DNA from: Chlamydiia bacterium
GTDB lineage: Bacteria > Chlamydiota > Chlamydiia > Chlamydiales > 2-12-FULL-49-11
NCBI GenBank assembly: GCA_044359535.1
Contig: JBIKLZ010000002.1
Coordinates: 1 to 64,000 of the forward strand
DNA length: 64,000 nucleotides
Direction of reading: 5' to 3'
How positions within the stretch are numbered: the first letter of the stretch is position 1; each line of letters opens with the position of its first letter. The notes below the pieces were generated by a model. That model searched no databases, was not told the DNA's origin, and was given only the letters and a program-made list of their open reading frames with translations. Below, piece after piece: positions 1 through 10,015 of this stretch. The translations under genes and the position numbers were made by a program.

Positions 1-1671
1 AATGCCTTTAAAGAATTTTTAAAAAATCCCTTTTTGATAGAAGTGGATCCAAGTAAAGAACTCACATTTGGGGACTTTCAGTGCAGCTTAGCTTTAAAAC
101 TTTCTAAGCAGTTGGGTAAAAAGCCTCAAGAGATCGCTGCTGTTGCTGCACATCATTTAAAAAACTCTCCCTTATTTGAAAAGGTAGACGTTGCCGGCCC
201 TGGATTTTTGAATATGACCCTTTCCCATCAATGTATTGAAACATGGGCAAATCAATGTCTAAAAGATCCCGATTTACTTGTCCCAAAAGAAAAAAGTGAA
301 AGGGTGATAGTTGAATTTTCTTCACCAAATATTGCAAAAATGATGCATGTAGGCCATTTGCGTTCGACAATTATTGGAGAGTGCATTGCGCGGTTAATGG
401 AATTTTTAGGTTTTGATGTGTTGAGATTAAACCATGTGGGGGATTTTGGTACCCAGTTTGGGATGTTAATTGCCTACCTAAAGAAATATCAGCCGCAGGC
501 TTTAAAAGGGGGGACAAGCACCTTAGAAGATTTGGTAGGGTGGTATAAAGAGTCTAAAAGAAAATTTGATGAGGATGATGAGTTCAAAACAGAGGCGCAT
601 GAAGAGGTTGTTGCATTGCAAGGGGGGCAAATACAGTCAGTTGAAGTGTGGAAAAGAATTTGTGACATCTCAAGAATTGGTTTTTCTGAAATTTATGAAC
701 TCCTTGATGTCCATATTGAGGAGAGGGGAGAATCCTTTTATAGCCCCCTATTAAAAAGGGTTGTTGATGATTTTAAGGACAAAGGGCTTGCTGTTGAAAA
801 TGAGGGGGCAATCTGTGTGTTTATGGAGGGCTTTAAAAATAAAGAAGGGGAGCCTCTCCCCCTTATTATTGAAAAAAGGGATGGGGGGTATAACTACGCA
901 ACAACAGATCTTGCCGCCTTTCACTACAGAGTAGAACATGATGGGGCAAAACGGATCATTGTTGTGACAGATTTAGGACAAAAAATGCATTTTAATATGG
1001 TCCATGAAGCAGCAAAACGTGTCGGGTATATCGATGATAGACAAGTTACTTTTGATCACGTCCCCTTTGGATTAGTCCTATCTCCTGATGGAAAAAAATA
1101 TAAGACCCGTTCTGGAGAAACTGAAAAATTGTCAGATCTTTTAGAAGAGGCTGTGATTCAAGCAAAACAGTTGTTAGAGGATAGGGGTATAGAAAATAAT
1201 GAAGAAATTGCCAAAATTTTAGGGATTTCAGCGGTAAAATATGCCGATCTATCGTCTAATAGGATCAAGGATTATACCTTTAGTTACGAAAGGATGCTCC
1301 GTTTTGAAGGTAATACAGCCGCCTTTATTCTCTATGCATTTGTCCGTATTCAAAGTATTAAAAGAAAGGTGGGGGTAGACCTTGAGGGGCTAAAAGAGGG
1401 GATTAAAATAGGACACCCTTCTGAAAGAGCCTTACTTCTTCACCTAATGCAATTTGGTGAAATAGTACACAAAATCAAAAAGGACCTTCTCCCCAATCAC
1501 CTTACAGAGTATTTGTATCAACTCGCAGAAAAGTTTAATATTTTTTTTAGAGATTGCCAGGTAATGGGCAATGATCAAACACACTCCCGTTTGTTGCTTG
1601 CGGAATTATGTGGAAGGCATATTGAAAAAGGGCTCTTTATACTAGGAATAAAGACTGTCGATAGGATGTAA
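1..1671 (+). CDS. argS: Arginine--tRNA ligase (5'-truncated by window edge)
   Basis: EFSSPNIAK-MHVGHLRSTIIG (HIGH motif), NHVGDFGTQFG, KYKTRSG, GNTAAFILY. Frame is open from base 1, so the true start is upstream of the window. Confidence 0.97.
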   Translation, partial: NAFKEFLKNPFLIEVDPSKELTFGDFQCSLALKLSKQLGKKPQEIAAVAAHHLKNSPLFEKVDVAGPGFLNMTLSHQCIETWANQCLKDPDLLVPKEKSERVIVEFSSPNIAKMMHVGHLRSTIIGECIARLMEFLGFDVLRLNHVGDFGTQFGMLIAYLKKYQPQALKGGTSTLEDLVGWYKESKRKFDEDDEFKTEAHEEVVALQGGQIQSVEVWKRICDISRIGFSEIYELLDVHIEERGESFYSPLLKRVVDDFKDKGLAVENEGAICVFMEGFKNKEGEPLPLIIEKRDGGYNYATTDLAAFHYRVEHDGAKRIIVVTDLGQKMHFNMVHEAAKRVGYIDDRQVTFDHVPFGLVLSPDGKKYKTRSGETEKLSDLLEEAVIQAKQLLEDRGIENNEEIAKILGISAVKYADLSSNRIKDYTFSYERMLRFEGNTAAFILYAFVRIQSIKRKVGVDLEGLKEGIKIGHPSERALLLHLMQFGEIVHKIKKDLLPNHLTEYLYQLAEKFNIFFRDCQVMGNDQTHSRLLLAELCGRHIEKGLFILGIKTVDRM

Positions 1672-1689
1672 TCGATAAATAGTCGAGCT

Positions 1690-2991
1690 CTATTGCTCTT
1701 TTCCCCTTTTCTCTTTGATTTTTTTTTCTAATTGTGTCGCCCATGGGTACTTTTTTATCAAAGAGCTCATAAATGCTCCATCGTTTAATAATTTTTCCTG
1801 AAGATCTGAACCTGCTGAAAGCAGCATCCATGGATTAATGACGATGGCTTCTCTAACTGTAGGCTCATGATATCTAAATGCCTCTTGAAGTTCTACACTA
1901 GCATAGTTAATAGCGTTTAAGTCTTTAGCGATAAGACTCATAAACAACGGTTTATCCTTGCTTAGTTTAGCTTTAACACTATCAGTTACAAAGGCAAATG
2001 CCACTGGATCTTTAAGGAGGGCAGAGCGGATAAGGGGCACATCTTCTTTAAGACTCTTTGACATATAATTGATAGCATAAGCACTTATTGGTATAGCCAC
2101 ATCTAAAATAAAGTCCCTACTTCCTTTTAGCGTTTCATCTGCATATTGCAAAGCCCCTATAGCATGATCAAGAGCGGTTTTTACAATTTTTCTATCCAAT
2201 TTATGACAAGGTTTAACATATTGAAGGAGAAAGGGGGTTTCCTTAACTAGTGATAAAATAAATCTAGGATCCTCTTGCAACGTATTTGATACTATGGATA
2301 ATAAATGTGGATGGAATTTAACCATAACATAAGCAACATCGGGATCAGCTCTTAAGGGCAAAGAGAGGTAGCTAGATAATGTACGAGGATGAACCGCAGG
2401 CAACGCTTTCATCATTATTTCTTTATCAGAATCAAAATTCCTAGTTAGAGTAAAAATAGGGTCAGCTGCCTCTATATTTGCAGTTATAGCAGCAAGAGCA
2501 AATTCACGATTTCCGATTAAATCCCTATCTAAATAGCCTATGACTTCTCCATTTACTTCTATCGCAGAAAAAATAAAATCTCTATTTTCTGTAAGTGTTT
2601 CATCTGCATATTCAAAGGCAATAGCATCCCTTTTTATTGCAGCAAGAACCACCTCAGGATCTTTTTTTAAGGAAGGATGCGCTTTGAACAATAGTTGTCC
2701 ATTTTTTTTGACTGCTTCTAAGACAAATTCTTTCTTATTCCATAATTCTGGATTTATATGATCAAGTCCACACCCTTTGGTCAAAATTCTATTCTCAGCT
2801 AGGATGCCAATAATTCCTTGGGGACCAGCATAGGCAAGGGCTTGTATATTTTGTGAAAATGCCTTTTCAACTACATCAGAATCATTTTTTAATTTTCGAG
2901 AAAGGTGTTGAATCAAAAGGCCGTCTTTTGTAACTGCTTCAAGAGCTGTCGGCTTATCAGCTTGATGTAAATGGTTTATACTAAAATCCAT
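1690..2991 (-). CDS. DUF4116-type helical repeat protein
   Basis: Repeated ~25-aa units such as KKDPEVVLAAIKRDAIAFEYADETL, NKKEFVLEAVKKNGQLLFKAHPSL, DRKIVKTALDHAIGALQYADETL. Confidence 0.8.
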   Translation of the reverse strand: MDFSINHLHQADKPTALEAVTKDGLLIQHLSRKLKNDSDVVEKAFSQNIQALAYAGPQGIIGILAENRILTKGCGLDHINPELWNKKEFVLEAVKKNGQLLFKAHPSLKKDPEVVLAAIKRDAIAFEYADETLTENRDFIFSAIEVNGEVIGYLDRDLIGNREFALAAITANIEAADPIFTLTRNFDSDKEIMMKALPAVHPRTLSSYLSLPLRADPDVAYVMVKFHPHLLSIVSNTLQEDPRFILSLVKETPFLLQYVKPCHKLDRKIVKTALDHAIGALQYADETLKGSRDFILDVAIPISAYAINYMSKSLKEDVPLIRSALLKDPVAFAFVTDSVKAKLSKDKPLFMSLIAKDLNAINYASVELQEAFRYHEPTVREAIVINPWMLLSAGSDLQEKLLNDGAFMSSLIKKYPWATQLEKKIKEKRGKEQ

Positions 2992-3018
2992 AAGCTGCTT
3001 TGTTTTAATTTGAACTAA

Positions 3019-3047
3019 GATATAGCATGGGCCTTTGCCAAAGTCAA
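3019..3047 (-). promoter_or_regulatory. Putative sigma66/70 promoter of the DUF4116 gene
   Basis: TTGACT (3047-3042), 17-nt spacer, TATATC (3024-3019). Confidence 0.5.
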
Positions 3048-3126
3048 TTTAAAAATGTAAGGAAAAAAGCATGTGCATATGTATGTGACTTTTCTTGAGA
3101 AATATGCCCTTTGAACCAATTTTTTT

Positions 3127-5721
3127 TTAAGGGGCCGATAGATCTTTTTTTCCGATCACAGAAAAGGTGACCACTTCATGGGAGATCCCTTTAAATTGGT
3201 GAGGGGGATTTTCTTTTACAACAATGTGATCTTTAATCCCCTCAAGAGTTTGGGAAGTGATTAAAATTTCATTAGCTTTAGCAAAATCACAGAGTCTTGC
3301 AGAAAGATTGACAATATGGCCTAAAACAGTATAAGAAAGGTGGTTTTCTGCCCCCACATTTCCAGCAACAGCTTCCCCTGAGTGAATTCCAATCCCAACC
3401 TCTAATTTTGGTAAATGATGACTTTCTCGGATAGAATTCCAGATAGATAATTTTCTTTGCATCTCCAAAGCACATAAAACGGCTTTAAGAGGGTGGTTAG
3501 GGGTTTCTAAGGGCGCTCCAAATAGGGTCATAATTTTATCCCCTTCATATTTATCAATGACCCCTTCAAAATCATCAATAACCCCACTTAAAAGGGTAAG
3601 GCAATCATTTAGCATCACAAGGAGTTTTTCTGGATCCATGTTTTCTGCAATACTTGTAAAATTACGTATATCGCAAAACATTACTGAGATGATTTTTTTC
3701 TCTCCCCCTAATTTGATCCCTTCTTTAACAATTTTTGCCGCCACTTGTTTAGAAACTACTTTATCAAGCAACCCTCGAACTTTATGCCCCTCTTTCATCG
3801 ATTGGATCATTTCCGTAAAGGCTTTATAAAGGGCCCCTACCTCATCTTTACGAAAGGACTGCTTTTTATCTAAGCGCACATTATCAAGGGTCCTATCTGT
3901 GACATGGCTTACTGCCTCAGCAAGTTCATTGATGGGTTTTGTAATCGCTCCTATAATTCTTGATAAAATAATCATGATCAGGATGAGAGAAAAAATGATT
4001 AAAACAGAGGCATTGATAATCACGTGATGAATCAGTTTTTTAATATGGGCATTGATTGTATCGATAAGGGTAATTCGACTTTCTTGCTTTTCAATAAGGA
4101 CAATTTTTCCGTCATTGTCTGTGATATTTGTGACAAAAGCAAAATAGAGTTTTTTTCCTGAAGGGTCAATTAATGAGCCTTCAGTTTCGGTAAGAAGCTT
4201 TAGACGATTAGTGTCATTTGGATCCTTTGGGATGTTTTTTATCTCTCCATTAGATTTATAAAGGCGAATGCTCCCATCTTTAAAGACACAGGCAATTTCA
4301 TCAGGGGAAACAAGAGCAAGCTCAAACAAAATCGGATCTAAGGAAATCCCTAAGGTAATGGCTGTAATGCTTGGTTCTTTCATTGGAGGTTTAAAATAGC
4401 TAATATAATTTGTGTTTGTAAGAAACGGCTCTTTTAAATCCTCATCAAAGAGAATTTCTAATTGAGCATTTTTGCACGATTTTGCCTCCCCTGAAGGATC
4501 GTCTTTAAAAATCACTTTTCGATCATAGGCGCTATTTCCTACCGCCAGTGTGCACGTTTTTTCAATATTGATTTTTTTATTTAAAAAGACATCATGAATG
4601 AAAAATCCTTCAAGAACATTATCAAAAAAATCTTCATGCCCCCCTTCAGTTTTAGCTAAAGAGGTAACAACTCCCATCGGAGAGCCTTTATTAAAGGGGG
4701 AAAAGTCCCATGCCCCCGTCCTTGTGAGCATGCATAGCTCCCAAATCAATTGCTTTTGGGTGATTTTATGTTGAAAATCCCTTCTTGTTGCCCATGTTGG
4801 ATCCATGTAAAGGGTATCTACTTCACATAAAGGCCCTTTACAATAGGTCCTTTGATACTTTATATCAGGGTGGATTTCTTTAATTTTTTTATCAATGTAC
4901 TGTTCTTTAGAGGTGGGATCAGACAAGATCTTTAAAAGCCCTTTTTGTTTGAGTAGATTTTCTTGGGTCTTTTCAATCATGATTTTTAAGGAATTAAATA
5001 AAAAATCTATTTCCTCCTGACTGTGAAGGGTGATTGCTTCATCAAAAAGGTGCTTATAGAGCTGGTTTTTTTTGCTGGTGAGCCCTTTTGGGTCGATCGC
5101 TAATAACTCTCCGATGTCATAAAGGAGCCATTGGTCAAGGGTGTTAGCTAAAAAAAAGTCAGGAAAGGCTGAATCATCAAGATATTTTCTAATGACTTGA
5201 TTTGACCAAAAGGGAACCCCAACGTAAAGATCAAAATGGCCTTGTTTATTCATGGTTACAAATAAGGATAGATCCTCAGCAACCGCTAGTTTGATAAATT
5301 TTCTTAAAAATGGGGCCGCTTCATAAATATAGGCTGTCTCTTTCCCATCAATTTCTATATTAATGAGATCTAGCCAAGGAAAGGTCGCTAAAACAGCGGC
5401 GCTTGGTCCCCAGCTAGCATTTATAAGGGTCTCTTGATCCGGTAAAAAGCGAAGCCTCCACTGAGAGCTTGTCCTCATCGATTCAAATACAGAGTTGATC
5501 TTTTGTATAGCGTTATTAAAATTGATGTCTAAATACTTTTCAATATTTACAAAATTTTCCTTCCCCACCTCTTTTACTTTCGATACAAGGGCCGTTTCTT
5601 CCTTTTTAAGGCTTGAGTTTATTTCAAGGGTGGAGATCACAAAAATGCTGAGTAAGGTAGCAATAAAAAGGATAAAGACCCAAAGCAAAATGCGAATTTT
5701 TAATGGCATACTTTTACTCAT
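3127..5721 (-). CDS. Membrane-bound class III adenylate cyclase (TM, large extracytoplasmic domain, TM, HAMP, catalytic domain)
   Basis: Two TM helices; HAMP (ITKPINELAEAV...RKDEVGALYKAFTEM); catalytic motifs MFCDIRNFT, DKYEGD, GIGIHSG, YTVLGHIVNLSARL. Confidence 0.92.
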   Translation of the reverse strand: MSKSMPLKIRILLWVFILFIATLLSIFVISTLEINSSLKKEETALVSKVKEVGKENFVNIEKYLDINFNNAIQKINSVFESMRTSSQWRLRFLPDQETLINASWGPSAAVLATFPWLDLINIEIDGKETAYIYEAAPFLRKFIKLAVAEDLSLFVTMNKQGHFDLYVGVPFWSNQVIRKYLDDSAFPDFFLANTLDQWLLYDIGELLAIDPKGLTSKKNQLYKHLFDEAITLHSQEEIDFLFNSLKIMIEKTQENLLKQKGLLKILSDPTSKEQYIDKKIKEIHPDIKYQRTYCKGPLCEVDTLYMDPTWATRRDFQHKITQKQLIWELCMLTRTGAWDFSPFNKGSPMGVVTSLAKTEGGHEDFFDNVLEGFFIHDVFLNKKINIEKTCTLAVGNSAYDRKVIFKDDPSGEAKSCKNAQLEILFDEDLKEPFLTNTNYISYFKPPMKEPSITAITLGISLDPILFELALVSPDEIACVFKDGSIRLYKSNGEIKNIPKDPNDTNRLKLLTETEGSLIDPSGKKLYFAFVTNITDNDGKIVLIEKQESRITLIDTINAHIKKLIHHVIINASVLIIFSLILIMIILSRIIGAITKPINELAEAVSHVTDRTLDNVRLDKKQSFRKDEVGALYKAFTEMIQSMKEGHKVRGLLDKVVSKQVAAKIVKEGIKLGGEKKIISVMFCDIRNFTSIAENMDPEKLLVMLNDCLTLLSGVIDDFEGVIDKYEGDKIMTLFGAPLETPNHPLKAVLCALEMQRKLSIWNSIRESHHLPKLEVGIGIHSGEAVAGNVGAENHLSYTVLGHIVNLSARLCDFAKANEILITSQTLEGIKDHIVVKENPPHQFKGISHEVVTFSVIGKKDLSAP

Positions 5722-5788
5722 AACCTAACCCTTTTAATTTGTCGAAAAAAACATGTATTGAATTCATAAAATTTCGTACTATAGAACA

Positions 5789-7138
5789 ATGAATGTAGAT
5801 TATTTGGAAATTACAGGCGGAGTCCCTTTATTTGGAGAGGTTGCTGTCTCAGGGGCAAAAAATGCGGTAACAAAGTTGATTGTGGCATCCATTCTTACCG
5901 ATAAACAGTGTCTTTTAAAAAATGTTCCAAATATTACTGAGGTTGATGTCACTTTAGATTTATGTCGAGCCATCGGAATGAAAGCCATATGGAATAAACA
6001 AACCCATGAGTTGATTCTCCATACTCATGAGTTAAAGACGACACGAATTCCTCAAAGGTTTACCGGAGCTAATCGAATACCCATCCTTTTAATTGGGGCT
6101 TTATTAGGACGGACACATGAAAAAATTGTTGTCCCCACTGTCGGCGGCTGCCACATTGGGAAAAGACCTATTGATTTTCATATGCACTCTTTACAGGCTT
6201 TAGGGGCAATTATTGAGTACCAAAAAATTGGGGAACATAGTGTTTACGTTGCCTCTGCTAAAGAAGGGTTAATGGGGGCTGTTATAGAACTAGAATACCC
6301 TTCTGTAGGGGCTACAGAAAATACCATTTTAGCTGCTTGTCGAGCTAAGGGGCGCACTGTAATTAAAAACGCTGCTATGGAATGTGAAATTCTAGATTTG
6401 ATCCTTTTTCTCCAAAAACTTGGGGTCTTTATCTACATTGATGTGGATCGAACCATCCATATTGAAGGGACAAAAACCCTTTGTGGCTGTGAACATTTTG
6501 TTATTACAGATCGCATTGTTGCTGCGTCTTTTGCAATGGCAGCTATTGCAACCAAGGGGAGGGTCTTTGTTAAAGGGGCTGTTCAAGAGCATATGGTCAC
6601 ATTTTTAAATCATTTAAGAGAAATAGGGGGCAATTTCACGGTTGATAGAGAAGGTATAGAGTTTTTTTACGAAAAGCCTTTAAAGGGGGGGGCTCTTATT
6701 GAAACAGATGTCCACCCAGGATTTATGACCGATTGGCAACAGCCCTTTACAGTGTTACTTACCCAAGCAAACGGCTCGTCTGTGGTTCATGAAACTGTCT
6801 ATGAGTCTAGATTTGGGTACGTCCATACCCTCATTGATATGGGGGCAGAAATTGACTTTTTTACAAAATGTCTAGGGAGCAAGCCTTGTCGATTTGCTTT
6901 AAGAAACCATGAACACTCTATTGTGATTAAAGGGGGGGCAACCCTTAAGGCAAAAGATATTGCTATCCCAGATCTTCGGGCTGGGTTTGCCTATGTGATG
7001 GCTGCTCTTTTAGCAGAGGGGACATCAAAAATTTCAAATTTATACTACCTTGATCGCGGATATGAGGATTTAGCCCCAAAATTGTGCGCGCTAGGGGCTA
7101 AAGCCGTTCGAAAAAGCTCTGAGATGATTTTACTCTAA
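5789..7138 (+). CDS. murA: UDP-N-acetylglucosamine 1-carboxyvinyltransferase
   Basis: SGAKNA, GGCHIGKRPIDFH, PSVGATEN, HPGFMTDWQQP, PDLRAG, DRGY. Confidence 0.97.
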   Translation: MNVDYLEITGGVPLFGEVAVSGAKNAVTKLIVASILTDKQCLLKNVPNITEVDVTLDLCRAIGMKAIWNKQTHELILHTHELKTTRIPQRFTGANRIPILLIGALLGRTHEKIVVPTVGGCHIGKRPIDFHMHSLQALGAIIEYQKIGEHSVYVASAKEGLMGAVIELEYPSVGATENTILAACRAKGRTVIKNAAMECEILDLILFLQKLGVFIYIDVDRTIHIEGTKTLCGCEHFVITDRIVAASFAMAAIATKGRVFVKGAVQEHMVTFLNHLREIGGNFTVDREGIEFFYEKPLKGGALIETDVHPGFMTDWQQPFTVLLTQANGSSVVHETVYESRFGYVHTLIDMGAEIDFFTKCLGSKPCRFALRNHEHSIVIKGGATLKAKDIAIPDLRAGFAYVMAALLAEGTSKISNLYYLDRGYEDLAPKLCALGAKAVRKSSEMILL

Positions 7139-7180
7139 TTCCATTTGAGTATAATTTATAAAGCTTGATACACTCTTTTC

Positions 7181-8119
7181 ATGGAAATATGGCGTATAAG
7201 GCAAAAAGAAGGGTTTAACTCTATTAAGGCAATAGCCGAGTTTTTAAATATTGATCCTGTCCATCTTTTGAATAAAAAGGAATTTCCCCTTCATGTTCCA
7301 AAAAGACTTGCTGAAAAAATGCCCAAAGGGTGTTTAGATAACCCTCTAGCGAGACAATTTTTGCCTTTATTGGAAGAATTAGAAGAGGGGGGGGTAAAAG
7401 ATCCTGTTGGCGATCAAGCTGCGATGAAGGGATCTGCACTGTTACACAAATATGAGGGTAGGGCCTTATTGCTTGCAACAGGGGCCTGTGCAATGCACTG
7501 CAGGTATTGTTTTCGTCAAAATTTTGCCTATAAATCAGAGGTCGATAAAGCTCTTTTTAAAATAGGGCAAGACCCTTCTATAGAAGAGGTGATTTTAAGT
7601 GGAGGAGATCCTTTATCGTTATCAGATATGGCTTTAAAAGAGATATTTGATAGACTTGAAGCAATTCCTCATGTAAAGATGATCCGTTTTCATACTCGAT
7701 TTATTATTGGGATCCCTGAAAGGGTGACAGAGCGCTTTTTAGAATTGTTGAAAAATTGTTCAAAACAAATTGTTTTTGTCGTCCATATCAATTGTATTGA
7801 GGAGTTAGACGAAGAGATCTTTAGTGCAATAGGGGCGATTCAACAATTAAAAATTCCAGTGTTGACGCAGTCTGTCCTCCTCAAAGGGGTAAATGACTCT
7901 GTAGATGCTTTAAAAAAATTGTTTATGGCCCTTGTCCAAAGGGGAGTCATCCCTTACTATCTGCATCAGTTAGATCGGGTGAAAGGGGCTTTACATTTTG
8001 AAGTCCCGATTCAAGAAGGGAAAAACCTCATGGTTGCCTTAAGAAATTGCATGCCTGGATATGCAGTCCCAAGGTATGTTCAGGAAATTGCTGGAGAAAA
8101 GTCCAAGACAATTATATAA
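7181..8119 (+). CDS. epmB: KamA-family radical SAM protein (EF-P beta-lysylation, EpmB-like lysine 2,3-aminomutase)
   Basis: LHKYEGRALL, CAMHCRYCFR, ILSGGDPL, QSVLLKGVND, PYYLHQLD. The short length (312 aa) fits EpmB. Confidence 0.85.
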   Translation: MEIWRIRQKEGFNSIKAIAEFLNIDPVHLLNKKEFPLHVPKRLAEKMPKGCLDNPLARQFLPLLEELEEGGVKDPVGDQAAMKGSALLHKYEGRALLLATGACAMHCRYCFRQNFAYKSEVDKALFKIGQDPSIEEVILSGGDPLSLSDMALKEIFDRLEAIPHVKMIRFHTRFIIGIPERVTERFLELLKNCSKQIVFVVHINCIEELDEEIFSAIGAIQQLKIPVLTQSVLLKGVNDSVDALKKLFMALVQRGVIPYYLHQLDRVKGALHFEVPIQEGKNLMVALRNCMPGYAVPRYVQEIAGEKSKTII

Positions 8120-8142
8120 AGAATGGGTATATTCTTTAAAAT

Positions 8143-9168
8143 ATGTGGTTAAAGAAACAAAAAATTTTAGAAAAGATTGCGCCCCATCTTGATGAGGGGC
8201 TCTTTCTTATTGATAGAAAGGGAAATGTAAAGATTCTGAGCACTGCTGCAGAAGAGTTTCTACACAGCCCTAAAGGGGTTAAAAAGATCTCATTTTATGA
8301 CCAAAAAGTGACCCCCCTTATTCAAAAAGTTCACCAGATGATGAACACAGGGAGTTATCAAGAAGAGTTTTCCTATCTAGAAATGACGGTTTTGATTCAA
8401 ATCATTGAAATGGGAAAAAGGGGTTTAAAGCTTGTTGTTTTAAAAGATGTTTCAAACCATGCAAAAATGATCCATATGGGAAGAGAGTTTGTAGGCAATG
8501 CCTCCCATGAATTAAGAACGCCAATTACAATTATCAAAGGATTTACAGAGCTGCTTTTAGAGGGGGAAGGGATTGATCAGGAGTTGCAAAAGGAAATTTT
8601 AGAAAAAATGGCAGCGAGTTGTCTTCGTATGGAGCATCTTGTGAAACATCTTTTGCGTCTTACCGATTTAGAAAATTGTGATTTTGAAGGGATAGGGAAG
8701 GTGGATATTCATCGGCTTATTGAGGATGTAAGCTATCAAGTGATTTCTATATACCCAGAATTTACTATTGAGCATCTACGGACAGAAGAGGAAGCTATCG
8801 GGTGGGTTGATGGCAATTTAATTGAACTTGTCTTTACAAATCTATTTAAAAATTCTGTAAAATATTCCCGTGAAGAAAAAGTTATTATTGTAAAAGTAGA
8901 TACTTCAGGAGAACAAATATACATTCAAATACATGATAAAGGGATTGGGATTCCAGAAGGAGACCTTTCTAAAATATTTGATCGATTTTTTACTGTCGAT
9001 AAAGCGCACTGCAGAAAATTAGGTGGGGCAGGGTTAGGGTTATCCATTGTTAAATTAATTGTTGAAAAGCATGGGGGGAAAATTTATGCAACATCAAAAT
9101 TTGGACAGAGTACAACAATGCATATGTTCTTACCAAAGGCTGTCATAAAACAGGGGGCCCTTTTATAA
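8143..9168 (+). CDS. Soluble sensor histidine kinase (PhoR-like HisKA + HATPase)
   Basis: H-box ASHELRTPIT, N-box NLFKNSVKY, DKGIGI, FDRFF, GAGLGLSIV; no TM helix. Confidence 0.9.
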   Translation: MWLKKQKILEKIAPHLDEGLFLIDRKGNVKILSTAAEEFLHSPKGVKKISFYDQKVTPLIQKVHQMMNTGSYQEEFSYLEMTVLIQIIEMGKRGLKLVVLKDVSNHAKMIHMGREFVGNASHELRTPITIIKGFTELLLEGEGIDQELQKEILEKMAASCLRMEHLVKHLLRLTDLENCDFEGIGKVDIHRLIEDVSYQVISIYPEFTIEHLRTEEEAIGWVDGNLIELVFTNLFKNSVKYSREEKVIIVKVDTSGEQIYIQIHDKGIGIPEGDLSKIFDRFFTVDKAHCRKLGGAGLGLSIVKLIVEKHGGKIYATSKFGQSTTMHMFLPKAVIKQGALL

Positions 9169-10015
9169 TAAGGGTCCCTTTTGCCCCTTTAGTGTGACTT
9201 TGTACTTTTTCAAAGCTGTAGTGAGAATAGGTTAAAAGGGATTTATGGGTAGTGTGGTGGGTACCAGTTAACACCTTTTCAACCCCTTCTTTATTGAGTC
9301 TTGAGATGCTTTTTCCATTGAAATAAAGGGTCTCTTCCTCTTTGAATATTTTTTGCGCTAAGGCCTCTCCAACAAAGGCTGTTAATACTTCAGCAGAAAG
9401 ATGAGGGAAGACAAGGGGGGGCTCTTTTTGTACATTTTGAAGGGTAATATATTTAAGCAGGATTATGGCAGTCCCCTTTGAAGGGTAGGCCCCTTTGCAC
9501 ATCATAAGGTAGAACTCCCGATTTTTTTGCGAAGAAAAGGTTATATTTGCTAGTGATTTTGTTTTTTTTAGTGAGGTAATGCACTCTTTAACAAAAGAAT
9601 CTAAAAATTCTGGATCTAATTTTTCTCTTTTTTTATAAAAGCTCTCTTTGGAATAAAGATTTTTTATAAGCTGAGTAAATGTATTGGTGATAAGGGTTTT
9701 TTGTCCACTTGTGTAGGCTGGATCAATTAAAGGATAAAGGTTTAACTTACTATTTTCAGAAAAAGCTCCTTTTCTGGGGGTGTAACGTTTCCCTTTTCTT
9801 TTTAAAGCTCTTGCTGTATCGCTTTTTGGATCCTCTCTTTTTTTTGATTGGTTATATAAGTCTTTTTCAAGTTGATTATTAAAACTATAGAGGTGATCCA
9901 TCTGATTTTTTTGGGATGCAGCAAACAAGGCAGTGGTTTTAAGGGTGGCTGTCATAGAACTGGATACTAAAGAGAACATAAGGATAATCATTGTGATAAG
10001 GAATATAAAGTTCAT
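9143..10015 (-). CDS. Membrane-anchored hypothetical protein, possibly a GspK-like minor pseudopilin
   Basis: N-terminal hydrophobic helix, SKLNL motif, last gene of a pilin-like cassette with ATGA overlap. Confidence 0.5.
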   Translation of the reverse strand: MNFIFLITMIILMFSLVSSSMTATLKTTALFAASQKNQMDHLYSFNNQLEKDLYNQSKKREDPKSDTARALKRKGKRYTPRKGAFSENSKLNLYPLIDPAYTSGQKTLITNTFTQLIKNLYSKESFYKKREKLDPEFLDSFVKECITSLKKTKSLANITFSSQKNREFYLMMCKGAYPSKGTAIILLKYITLQNVQKEPPLVFPHLSAEVLTAFVGEALAQKIFKEEETLYFNGKSISRLNKEGVEKVLTGTHHTTHKSLLTYSHYSFEKVQSHTKGAKGTLIIKGPPVL

